Below are positions 1 to 10,600 of a stretch of 64,000 nt of DNA, one piece after another (the first letter of the stretch is position 1; each line of letters begins with the position of its first letter). The stretch is taken from positions 343,242 through 407,241 of the forward strand of contig NW_005434622.1 of the NCBI RefSeq assembly GCF_000315625.1. The letters run 5' to 3'. This stretch comes from Guillardia theta CCMP2712. Its lineage: Eukaryota; Protista; Cryptophyta. A model generated the notes under the pieces. It did no database searches. It was not told the DNA's origin and saw only the letters and a list, made by a program, of their open reading frames with translations. The position numbers and the translations under genes were made by a program.

Positions 1-167
1 TCATCATCATCCTCATCCTCACCCTCCTCCTCCTCCTCCTCTCCTCCTCCTCCTCCTCCTTTCCTTTCCTTTCTCCTGTCCCTTGTCCCTCTCAGCCCCC
101 TCCCTTGCTCCCGATCTTCTCCTCTCCCGCTCCTACTGACTGATCTCGTAACTCCATCGGACTGCAG

Positions 168-829
168 GCAAGGCCCTCCAGCGTGGCATCCTGCGTCGGA
201 GCAGGTCGAGAAAAAGAAAATCAAATTTGCTGTGTGACAGTGTATGCAGATCAAGGAAAGATGTAGCAGAGCGGCGAAGTTCTGCCAGGAGAGGAACGTT
301 GACATTACAAGCCTGTCGCTGAAATTCTGCTTACAAGATGAAAGGTGAGCTGTCATCAGAATCAACATCCTTCGCAGTTTCTCCTTCTCTCTTCCTCCCA
401 CCCCTTTTGATAATCCTCATCCTCATCCTCATCCTCATCCTCATCCTCATCCTTTTTGTGATCATCACCATCCCCATCACTATCGCTACCACCATCTTTG
501 CATTCCAGTGACACCTTTCAAGGCTGCCGACGACGTTCATCTCCTTCGCTACTCAAGAGCACATGGAGGTGAGTGCCATCTGACCCGACGCGCCTGACAG
601 GAGTGAAGGCGAACTTGCGGACTGCGGTTGCGAGCATGACGAGGGAAGAGGAGGAGTGTCTGAAGCAGATGGGGGAGCTGCTGAACAGCGACATGAATCT
701 GTTTGTCCGGCATGTCAACGATGTTGGTTCTGACTGCACTGCCACAGGCATTGGGAAGGAGTGGAAATTACACGATACTGGCAGGAGTTAGGAAAGAAGC
801 TTCTGTTAGAGAAGCTTTACAGGCAATGA
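168..829 (+). CDS. 3' exons of an aldo-keto reductase, L-galactose dehydrogenase-like (5' part outside the window)
   Basis: Splicing short GT-AG introns gives QGPPAWHPASEQ/IKERCSRAAKFCQERNVDITSLSLKFCLQDE/RLPTTFISFATQEHME/ANLRTAV...NL/HWEGVEITRYWQELGKKLLLEKLYRQ*. GPPxWHPAS followed by this helix pattern recalls the C-terminal half of plant L-galactose dehydrogenase. Confidence 0.65.
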
Positions 830-986
830 ACTCAGACCACAGGAACAAACGATACATGTGAACATAGATCAGCAGCTGTATACGGTTGTGTCACTGAAAC
901 AACACGTCGACAGAGGGCTCATGGAAGGAGAGCACAGTTTCAGAGTAACAACAACCCGTTCATTATTCAACCCAAATATTATAAGA

Positions 987-2975
987 TTACAACTCATCAT
1001 GATCTGGCATCTCCTCCTCCTCCTCGGCCGCTCCTCCCCCAGCTCCACCAGCTCCGCCAGCGGCATAGAGCTTGGACATGATCGGATTCACCACCTTCTC
1101 GACCTCCTTCTGCTTCTCATCGAAGTCTTCCTTCTCGGCCGAGGAGTTCTCGTCGATCCACTCGGTGGTGGTCTTGACAATCTCCTCGAGGGTCTCCTTA
1201 TCCTCATCGCTCAACTTGCCCTTGATCTTGTCCTCATCGTTGATGGTGTTCTTGATGTTGTAGATGTAGGACTCGATAGAGTTCTTGGCATCGATGCGCT
1301 CCTTCACCTTCTTGTCCTCCTCCTCGTACTCCTTGGCCTCCTGGACCATACGGTCGATCTCCTCCTGGCTCAGACGGCCCTTGTCGTTGGTGATGGTGAT
1401 CTTCTCACTCTTGCCAGTTCCCTTGTCCTCGGCAGACACCTGGAGGATGCCGTTGGCGTCGATCTCGAAGGTCACCTCGATCTGGGGGACACCGCGGGGA
1501 GCAGGGGGAAGGTTGGAGAGCTCGAACTTTCCGAGAAGATGGCAATCCTTAGTCATGGAACGCTCACCCTCAAACACCTGGATCAACACAGTGGGCTGGT
1601 TGTCCTGGGCAGTGGAGAAGGTCTGGGACTTCTTGGTGGGGATAACAGTGTTGCGGCCAATCAACTTGGTCAAGACGCCTCCGACAGTCTCGATACCGAG
1701 GGTGAGGGGGGTAACGTCCAGAAGGAGAAGGTCGGCAGTCTCCTTGCCACCCTCGCCGGAGAGGATACCTCCCTGAACGGCGGCACCGTAAGCGACAGCC
1801 TCATCCGGGTTGATTCCCTTGTTGGGCTCCTTGCCGTTGAAGTAGTCCTGGAGGAGCTGCTGAACCTTGGGGATACGGGTGGATCCTCCGACAAGAACGA
1901 GCTCGTCGACCTGGTTCTTCTTCAAGGAAGCGTCATCGAGAACCTTCTCGACGGGTCCAAGGGTCTTCTTGAAGAGATCCATGCAGAGCTCCTCGAACTT
2001 AGCGCGGGTGACGGTCTCACTAAGGTCGGATCCCTCGTAGAACCCTTCGATCTCAATACGCTGCTGATGAGTGTTGGAGAGAGCACGCTTGGCACGCTCG
2101 ACTTCGCGGCGAAGCTTCTGCACAGCCTTCTTGTCCTTGGAGGCATCCTTGCCGGACTTCTTCTTGAAGAGCTTGAGAACATAGTCCATTACACGACGAT
2201 CGAAGTCCTCTCCTCCCAAGTGAGTATCACCGTTGGTAGCAATAACCTCAAAGACTCCGTTGTCGATGGTAAGGAGGGAAACATCGAAGGTACCACCACC
2301 AAGATCGAACACGAGGATGTTCTTCTCTCCACCCTTGTTGTCAAGACCGTAGGCAATGGCAGCAGCGGTGGGCTCGTTGATGATACGGAGAACGTTCAAA
2401 CCAGAGATGGTACCGGCATCCTTAGTGGCCTGCCTCTGGGCATCGTTGAAGTATGCAGGAACGGTAACGACAGCGTTCTTGATCTCCTTGCCGAGGAATG
2501 CCTCAGCAGTCTCCTTCATCTTTGTGAGAACCATGGCGGAAATCTCCTCAGGAGAGTAAGTCTTCTTCTCTCCCCTGAACTTGACCTGGACGTATGGCTT
2601 GCCCCCCTGGTCAACGATATCGTAGGGAAGAAGCTTCTTGTCATGCTGAACAGTGGTATCGGTATACTTCCTGCCGATGAGGCGCTTGACGTCGAAGACA
2701 GTGTTCTCAGGGTTCAAGGCTCCCTGGTTCTTGGCGGCATCTCCGATCAACCTCTCGTCGTCGGTGAAGGCAACCCACGAAGGGGTGATACGGTTACCCT
2801 GATCGTTGGCAATGATCTCAACCTTGCCATTCTTGTACACACCTACGCAAGAGTAGGTGGTTCCAAGATCGATACCAATGGTGGTATCGACCTGACCCTC
2901 CTCAGCTGCTCTGACGCCCAGGCAAACTAGTGCCGCACAGGCTGCGAAAAACGCGACAGACCTCCGAGTGAACAT
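987..2975 (-). CDS. BiP: ER luminal Hsp70 (BiP/GRP78), CDS intronless
   Basis: Signal peptide [23 protein letters not shown], Hsp70 signatures [33 protein letters not shown], and C-terminal ER retention signal HDEL. ATG at 2975 is preferred over the longer ORF start. Confidence 0.97.
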   Translation of the reverse strand: MFTRRSVAFFAACAALVCLGVRAAEEGQVDTTIGIDLGTTYSCVGVYKNGKVEIIANDQGNRITPSWVAFTDDERLIGDAAKNQGALNPENTVFDVKRLIGRKYTDTTVQHDKKLLPYDIVDQGGKPYVQVKFRGEKKTYSPEEISAMVLTKMKETAEAFLGKEIKNAVVTVPAYFNDAQRQATKDAGTISGLNVLRIINEPTAAAIAYGLDNKGGEKNILVFDLGGGTFDVSLLTIDNGVFEVIATNGDTHLGGEDFDRRVMDYVLKLFKKKSGKDASKDKKAVQKLRREVERAKRALSNTHQQRIEIEGFYEGSDLSETVTRAKFEELCMDLFKKTLGPVEKVLDDASLKKNQVDELVLVGGSTRIPKVQQLLQDYFNGKEPNKGINPDEAVAYGAAVQGGILSGEGGKETADLLLLDVTPLTLGIETVGGVLTKLIGRNTVIPTKKSQTFSTAQDNQPTVLIQVFEGERSMTKDCHLLGKFELSNLPPAPRGVPQIEVTFEIDANGILQVSAEDKGTGKSEKITITNDKGRLSQEEIDRMVQEAKEYEEEDKKVKERIDAKNSIESYIYNIKNTINDEDKIKGKLSDEDKETLEEIVKTTTEWIDENSSAEKEDFDEKQKEVEKVVNPIMSKLYAAGGAGGAGGGAAEEEEEMPDHDEL

Positions 2976-3224
2976 CGTAACCTTACGGCTACTCAACCTA
3001 CACAAAAACGTCGTTAGGGTCGGACTTTCCAAACAAAGAAAAGAACTGCAAAGAAGCCTCATGCATGCATGCAACACATCAAACAAATGTGCAAGTGCAG
3101 GAAAAAATGTTCCAGAACATTCCATTGGACTCTCTATTCCCGGACACACTTTTCAAACGCAATCAGACTGAAAGCGAGCAACACGTGCAATGTACAAGTC
3201 TTGGATGAGCTTTCATTGAGAATT

Positions 3225-3265
3225 TCCGACAGCCAGGCATCTCAGGACCAATCAACCACACCACA
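3225..3265. repeat. 41-bp exact direct repeat, copy 1 (copy 2 at 4249-4289)
   Basis: TCCGACAGCCAGGCATCTCAGGACCAATCAACCACACCACA occurs at both positions. Confidence 0.95.
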
Positions 3266-3503
3266 GCAAATGGAGGCCACCCAAAAACAGGAGGCCGGCA
3301 AGAAACGAGGGGACGAAAGCTTTGCAATGGGAACATCAGCATGCAACACAAGGAGTATCATCTTCAGTGTGAAGCACAGGACACATTGATCGGGAGAGGA
3401 AACGCGGGGCAGCGGCGACATGCATCGCGGGAGGAGCATGGCAGGTACCGGCGGGGGGGCTGACGGTAGTGGGATGGGGAGGGGGGGAAAGCTAAGCTAA
3501 GAG

Positions 3504-3545
3504 AACACGTGACCCCGGTCTAGCCACGTCAGAGGACACGTCATC
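3504..3545 (-). promoter_or_regulatory. Cluster of UPRE-like bZIP sites upstream of BiP
   Basis: Minus strand reads GATGACGTGT-CCTC-TGACGTGG-CTAGACCGGGGT-CACGTG. TGACGTGG is the XBP1/ATF6/bZIP60-type unfolded-protein-response element. Confidence 0.55.
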
Positions 3546-3595
3546 TGTAACGACTTTTTGTACCGTCTTGTAACGACTGATCTGGAAGGTTCCGA

Positions 3596-4065
3596 GGGGG
3601 TGGGTAGAGGCAAGGGTGGGTACATCTAAAGGGATGAGAGGGGGGTACGATGGGGGTAAATAGGGGTAGTTGCTGTTCGGGCTTGAGTTCCATCAGGGCA
3701 GGCGCTGCCCCTACCCCCAAAGGTTTTCTCGTGCAAGAGGTTGAAAATGGGTACGGGTGGTTTAGAGATGTCAAAATAGGGGTTATTTATCTGCATTCCT
3801 TGGGAAATGATAGGGTTCGGTTCTTTCGTCTGAAAAAAATGTGGGTGGGGTGACACTTCTAATACATGGGGTGGGTGATGAAGGGTATAAAGAAGTCAAG
3901 CCAAGCCGTTTGTGGGAATTTGGGGTAGGGGTGAGGTGGGAGGCAGGAAAAGTGGGTACTTTTATGGGAGAATGGAGGGGTCAAGTAGGTGATTCTTGGG
4001 TGGCCAGTGGCTAGGTGTGGACCAAGCAGTACCCTGTTATTTCTTGGATATTGATGGGTAGGGTA
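3596..4065 (-). repeat. Oriented GGGT/ACCC motif array (BiP upstream)
   Basis: >20 GGGT motifs on + strand (e.g. GGGGGTGGGTA, GGGTACGGGT, GGGGTAGGGGT, GGGTAGGGTA) in otherwise unique sequence. Confidence 0.7.
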
Positions 4066-4107
4066 GTTTAGAGAAGTTTAGAGAAGTTCAGAGAATTCAC
4101 TACTACA

Positions 4108-4685
4108 CCGGGCCATTATTATTAGTTACCGTAATCGGCACTCGCACCAGCCCGCGGCGGCCACACTGAGCCGGGCGGCTCCGAGCACCGTGCACGGTGA
4201 CCGTCACTGCCGTCCGGGCCGCCCGGAATCGGACTGTCTCCGAGACAGTCCGACAGCCAGGCATCTCAGGACCAATCAACCACACCACACCATCGGGGCG
4301 CCTTGCCTCCAGGCTCCCTCAGCCGCTGAGCGCGGCCGCACCGTGGCACATGGCAGGCCGACGGTCCGACGGTGAGCCCGGCCGCGCGCCGCGCGCCGCG
4401 CGGCCCCCGTCGGGCGGCTGCCACCGTCACGGACGTCGCCGGAGGGCGGCCGCCCGGCCGCCGGGGTGAAGCCACTGCGCGGCGGCGGCTGCCACGGTGC
4501 ACCCGCCGGAGTCCCGGGCCTACTGCGGCCGCGCCGCAGCGCGGCACGCCGCCACCACCGTCACCGTCCGATCGGACGGTGCGGCACCCGGGCCGCCGGG
4601 CGGCACCGTGGCACCCAGTGACCGTCCGACCCGAGTCGGTCACCCGGGCCCCGGCGGTGCGCCAGCCGGTGCGCGGCCAGGCCTG
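4108..4685. other. GC-rich, palindrome-dense intergenic island
   Basis: Visibly very GC-rich, built from GGGCCC, CCGG, GGCC, GTCAC/GTGAC, ACCGT/ACGGT words; no credible coding frame. Confidence 0.75.
4229..4289. repeat. Perfect 12-bp hairpin overlapping copy 2 of the 41-bp repeat
   Basis: TCGGACTGTCTC-C-GAGACAGTCCGA (4229-4253); its right arm runs into the duplicated 41-mer. Confidence 0.9.
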
Positions 4686-4721
4686 AGGGAATGAGGGGGA
4701 TGTGTCCAACGGCTAGTCACA

Positions 4722-7099
4722 ATGGTTTTGGAAAGAATGGACCGTCAGGACTGGCGTCAGAGGCGTGGGGGAGCCTTGGATGGCCCAGAAGCCAGCATGA
4801 GGAGGCCTAGCTCTTCCCTGTCTATGGTGAGAAGAAGGTCATCTGAGGTCCTGCCTCCTCGTCCTTCTACCTCTCTGTCGGGCAGTCTCCATCCCCGCAA
4901 ACTAAGGAGCTCGGAGGACATAGATAACTTAGACTTGAACGACATGGCCAGCTTGCTGCTGGACTCTCCTGGTCGATCTGGAACGAGCTCTCTTGAGACA
5001 GAGCTGGAGAGAGGACTGATAGAGGACTACCGCAGCTCGAACCTTCATACGAAGCTGAAGAGAGCCCCCTCAAGATCAACTTCAAGTCAACGGGGTAGGC
5101 GCGAGGGCACTTCGCACGTCTTTCAGACGGAAGTTGAAGTTTTGGAGGCTAGAGTCAAGCAAGTTATGAAGTCTGGTAGGATTGACTTGCAGCTTCGATA
5201 TGATGGTGATCCGATGCATCTTTCCTGCAGGATGGAAGCAAGAACAAGATGAACAAACGAGCATCAGACAAATAGAAAAAAGATTGAACTCACTACAAAA
5301 GGAATCTTTCCAGACAAAAAAACGTCTAAATCAAGATATCACCGTAGCCAAGAACGAATCTCGGAGCATTCTTAGACAGAAGGTGAGATCAGGGCTGATA
5401 CATTTGCTTTGCGGAATGATCCTGGTCATGACAGGTGAAGCAAGTAAAGCAAGCTCGTCAGGAGCTAAGGTTTGAGAAAGGAAAGTGCCTCATCCAACTT
5501 ACGTTGAACCCTTGCAGCGATCACATCGCTCTGCTCCAGGAAGGACCAAGAAGCCGTTCAGGAGGTGGGCAACGGTCTCCCGTTCCAACGTGTCTGAAAA
5601 AGCTCTGTCTGTAGGAGGTCCCCCCGTGGACGATAGGCTGAAAAACTTGGAGAGTGAGTTGCGGGCTATTCAGGCAAAGGTCATTCAATCTTAGGCAATC
5701 GATGTTGCTGATTGCCTTTGTATCCAGAAGAAGCTGGCTTTATCACAGATCACAGCTATGAGAAGGGAGTTGTCGAGCCAAGACGCATCCCAATCCGTGA
5801 TCGAGCTTCAATCGGTTCACGAGCCATCTGCGGGGCATATAGGAGATGTCGAAGAGCTATACTCGTTCCTTCATGAGAAAGCTCTCAGCTTTGCAGACTC
5901 AGGAAGAAATCAAGAAGGAGATCAGTCTCTTCACATCACCGACCTCTCTTCCGTCAAGGGAGAGCAGTCGACTGATCTGTCTAGAGCAACAGCAACAGCT
6001 TTCTCAGAAGAAGACGCGCAGTCTTGGCTACAACCTGTTCTCACTGCGAAGTCTTACCTCAGCCTCATCAAGTCGCTCGGCTTCCACTATCACATTGAGA
6101 AGGGCGCGGCACTGTTTGCCTTCTCGATGTGGGCTCGTTCGAATGCTACGGAAGGGGAAGATGTCAAGTCAGAATGGCGCCTGACTTTCTTGCAGTTCTG
6201 TGAGGTATATCAGTTGCAGTTGAGCGGTGTTGTTCTTGAGTTTCACGTGCAGTGTATCAAAGACATGCTGGAGGCATCCGAGATCAGTTCGATCGGGTCG
6301 GTGCAAGCACACGCACTGAAAGCGATGATCAAACGCATGAAGGTCTGGTGCTTATGGAGGTTCTGAGCATGAGCTTGACTTTTCACTTTCTAGGGGCGAC
6401 TGAGTGGAAATTCCTCCACCCGTCCTCAACAAGAGAGAAGATCTCGGGGGAAGAGTCAGACCAAGACGTCCCATTACGCGTTCTTATCACAGCATGATTC
6501 AGCTTTCAAGGGGTCGTTGACCACGAGCAAGCTTGTCAAGCATGAAAGTACTGTCGAATGGGAGCTGTGGAAGCTGATGAAGCAATCTGGTGAGGCTGCT
6601 CGGCATGTTTGGGCCCTCTTACAAGCAGCAGGGCTCCTCGACACGGACATGGAGGGAGCAAGTGGAAGGCGGAGAAATCCATCGGATCAGCTTGCCAGGA
6701 TCATCCCCACCGTCTCTTCTGCTCCCGTCTTCTCTAAGAAGAGAATCTCCGTGATGTTTGCAGAGGATGCAGAGACCGCTGACTCGTCCGACACCTCACG
6801 CAAGAGCAGCCCCAAGGTTCGCAAGACTGTCTCCGCTGCCGAGCCACTCCTCCTGACCTCATCCGTGTAGGCAAATCCCAATGGAAGAGAGGAGGATGAA
6901 ACGTCCTTCCGGCCGAACCCTGAGTACTGGAGGTTGAGGCAGGTGAGCTCCATGTCAAGTTTCATGATGGACAATCAGCAAGTTGATTCCGAGGCTCTAT
7001 GATCGTTCTAGTAGCCTTGGGGTCCCTCTTATACAACCTCACGCTTTCCTTCAGGAGTTCGCGTACAGAAAGACTGCAATCGACCTTGACGCTCATTAG
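4722..7099 (+). CDS. Multi-exon hypothetical protein (Ser-rich N-terminus, short coiled coils)
   Basis: ORF pieces 4722-5176, 5231-5382, 5758-6343, 6517-6864 etc. are joined by ~50-bp GT-AG introns, ending EFAYRKTAIDLDAH*. No family recognised. Confidence 0.6.
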
Positions 7100-7295
7100 T
7101 TCGACTCATGCACTGAGCCCGGCAAGTTGACTCATGTCACAGTGTTGTAATGTAAATTGATGTTAAATATGTTGGATTCTCACTGGCATGTCGGATTCGG
7201 GAGTGTTCCTTACCAAGTTTTCTATCGGATGATATGCTCAGAAAGCCCACAACTTGTCGCTGATGATTCCTGATTCGATCTCAGCGACTAACTTG

Positions 7296-7560
7296 CAGCC
7301 GGGGGCTTGGCAACCCCGGGCTCGGGCAGGGCCGCGCCACCGTCAGGCTGCTCGACCAACTTAGTAAGCCGCGCGGAAGTGAGTCTTGATAGGTAAAATC
7401 AAGTTGGTCACTCTGTCAAAGTCAAAGACTGGTCTCACTGTACCTTTGAGTAAAAGTCTCCCAGGCCACTCCAAGTGGCGGCCACCGTGACTGAAAGTTG
7501 GAGCAGGCCCGGGCCCCGCCGGGCCGCCGTTCCGTGCAAGCGGCCGGATGTAACGGTCGC
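7296..7560. other. GC-rich intergenic island (short)
   Basis: CCCCGGGCTCGGGCAGGGCCGCGCC...GGCCCGGGCCCCGCCGGGCC; same word vocabulary as the other islands; directly upstream of the ATG at 7604. Confidence 0.55.
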
Positions 7561-7603
7561 AACGACATGGCAGTTTAGCGCCGCCCCACCCACTCGTACG
7601 TTC

Positions 7604-10600
7604 ATGGCGAATCCGAGGAGGTCAGAGGAGGAAGACGAAGAGGGGAGGAAGGACAGCGATGGGGGAGAGGGCAAGCAAGGGAGGAGGGGAGGAGGCAGCA
7701 CTGAAGGCTGTCGTGGCGTTGAAGAGAGGCAGACTATTGTAATGCGGAGATAGCTTCCGTGTGGTACGCATTTACAAGCCTCTCAACCAACATGGAGAGG
7801 GGCAACGAGGAAGACGACAAGGACGATGACATCTTCGGCTTCAGCACCTCCAAGAGAGTGTCCGAGGAAGCCCTGCAGCGACTGAGGAAGCAGAACGAGC
7901 TGAATGCTCGAGAGGCCTTGAAGAAACTAAGGGAGGGTGGATATGACAGGCTGCCGCGTATCAGACGGAGCGAAACGAAGGGTCCTGTGAAGCCGCTCCC
8001 TGCCACAAAACGGAAGAAGAGCGATTCGCTAAGGTCTAGCACGCCCTCTGAAGTCAGGAACGCAGCAAAGCGAGACATCTTCATTCTAGACAGGCTGAGC
8101 ACTTTCGCTCAATCTCGGGCGGCATCGTCGTTTGATGGCGTCCTCTCATCTTCACAAGACCCGACAGAAGACACTTTCCAACCTGAAACTGAAGCTGTGC
8201 TGAGACTCCTGGACTGGCAGAAGGACTGCAGACGGAAGGGCCTGGATGTAAGTTTGGACTGTGGATACCTTTGGATGTGTGAATGGGAACAACAGGTTCT
8301 TCCTATCTTGACCTCTGATTGTATGTCGTTATTCGACAAGGAAGCTAGGATCATGAAGCATGCTCTCAAGAAGCACAACGTGCGCACGAGTGAGGGCCCC
8401 TGGCTTGCCTGACGTTGCTGCAGGTCATCCTGCAAGACTACCTTAGCAAGGGGGGGGGTGAGTGCTCTTCCGAAAGCTCTCGTCCTCATGATCGGATGGT
8501 AGGCAAGAAAGATGCAGCAGCCGATGGCAGCGACGTGAAGAAGGGAGGAGCAACGAATGGCTCGGAGAAGAACAAGGAAGGTTTGAAGCGATCCCTTCAA
8601 GTCAAAGGGCTGCAGGAAGAAGCCATCAGGCTTCGCAAGCAGTGCCTACATGCAGGTGCGAACTGATTGTGCTGGAGCGTGGAGGAGACGATGCTCGTAT
8701 TGTGATGGTCTTGCACCCACAGCGAAGCTCGGAGGCATCCGCCGCTACTCGACAGCAGCGAGCAGTGAGAACAATTTGCTCTTCCTTGACTTGAATGCCT
8801 CGTCGATCCCTCAGGTGAGCTAGAGACAAACTTTCTTCTTCTGATTCTCTACAGAAATACAAGACACTCCTGGGAGTCCTCGCGAGCTTGCTCGAGCCCG
8901 GATCGAACTTGGAGGCTGATGAGAAGAAGGTACACTGAGCCAGAAACCATCGTCTGAGGGTGAGCAAGATTGGTAGGATGAAGGGGCGAAGTACCTTGAC
9001 AAAGACGAGATACAAGTCAAGAAGATGATGATGGAGATGTCAGCCAAGGGATCCAAGGATGGTGCCAGGTGTTGTTCCTGCAGCAACCGCTCGTTTCCTT
9101 GACAAGTCGCAGGAGACTGAAGAGTGCGAGGAAGAAGCGGAAGCTCTCAAAGCAGGGAAAGGCGAGCACAAAGGTGTTGCATCCTGCTTCGAGACTCTTA
9201 GTCTGCTCACGACTGCTCCGAGCAGAGCGCGTCCTTCGACTCGCTATCCGGATCGGAATCCAAGACAGAGGCAGAGAATGTCTGTTGAGCCTTACGATCG
9301 ATCTCCGCTCCATCTGAATTCTTGGCAAGGTGGATAGTGACTTCGAAGGGGTCTTGAGCCGGATTCATGCCAACTACGCGGATAAGATTCGCAACCTACC
9401 GAGCGAGAGGAACTCCCTGGAGGTGATGAATGCTCGAGGGCCCGGAGGAGCTTGACCTCCCCTACAGGCTCGCCTTGAGCAGTTGAAGAAGAAGAACGAG
9501 TTGCTCCTCCTAGGATCCCAGGGTGAGTTGGAGGACCTCTCGCTTCCTTCCTTGCAGTGACAGGATGGAACAGGAGCTCGGGGAAGAGATAGTGGGTCTC
9601 CCTACAGTCGGAGTATAAGGACGAATGTGAGGAGGGAGCAAGTGGGGCGAACGGAGCAGAACAGTGCTGCTGTCGCGGTCGACTCAGACTGGATCCAGCA
9701 AGTTCTTCTTGAGGTCTCAGAGTCGTCGGAGGACGACAGCTCGAGGCTGCAGGAGGCCAGCGTCAAGCTCGCCGACCACCTGGCGAAGTACCGGGACGAG
9801 GAGGTGTTCAAGGAGAGACTGCAGGAGGGTGAGTCAATGCTGCTCAACATCAAGAGCATGATGGAGACGCTGCACAAGACGCAGGGGAGGGAGCAGGTGG
9901 GGATGACGCAGGAGATGATCGCTAACGAGGTCAAGAAGCTGAGAAAGCATGTGGTGGTGGAGGTCAGAGAGATCTACCAGGACATCTCCAAGGCCCGTGA
10001 GCTCCTCCTCAAGGCCTCTGAGCTCGCCCTGGGCACGGAGAGTCTGCGGCAAGACGCACAGAGGCTGATCATGAACGCTGAGAGCCGGACGATAGCGCTA
10101 AGGACCTCCTTCCGAGCGAGGAACGACCTCCGACTTGACTTCCTCTCCCAGCCCCTCCAGGATTTCCTGACCGAGACCACCTCTGCTCAGACCCTGTACG
10201 ATCGAGCGAGGATCGAGGCCGTGAAAGCCAAGACGGAGATGATGGAGGTGGAGGCAAGGAGGGCAAGGGAGCGAGCGGCCCGGCGGGAACGGATCTTGCA
10301 GCAAGGAGGAGCTGCTTCGTCACTTGACATGAGCCGCACGGACGAGGAGCTGTCCCTCCTGTTGGAGGATGAGAGGCACCTGCTGAACGCTCTGCTGGAG
10401 GAGGTGGTGGAGATCAACGAATCGATCGACCAGGCCTACGAGAAGCTCGAGAGCACGAAGAGCGCAGAGGATAGCGAGATGGGAAGAGCTGCCGACATGG
10501 CGGAACGAGCTCAGAAGCAGCTGGAGGACGCCTTGTACCGCATGAAGGTCTACAGGAAGCAGCTTTTCAGCGACAAGGTGAAGCCCATTCGCCATGCCCT

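Noticed and set aside
858-2930. 690-aa ORF antisense to BiP
   Set aside because: Long antisense ORFs opposite Hsp70 genes are a well-known result of codon bias; the Leu/Val/Gly-rich product has no independent signal.
2976-3149. 58-aa N-terminal extension of BiP in the ORF track
   Set aside because: It would bury the signal peptide that begins at ATG 2975; likely UTR or intron.
4190-4709. Arg/Pro/Ala/Gly-rich ORFs in the GC islands (also near 21225-21783, 38257-39152, 55024-55412)
   Set aside because: Stop codons are scarce in very GC-rich DNA; all frames are open with no family signal.
9270-9330. Possible GC-AG intron in the LRR gene
   Set aside because: An in-phase GT donor 9 nt downstream explains the junction equally well.
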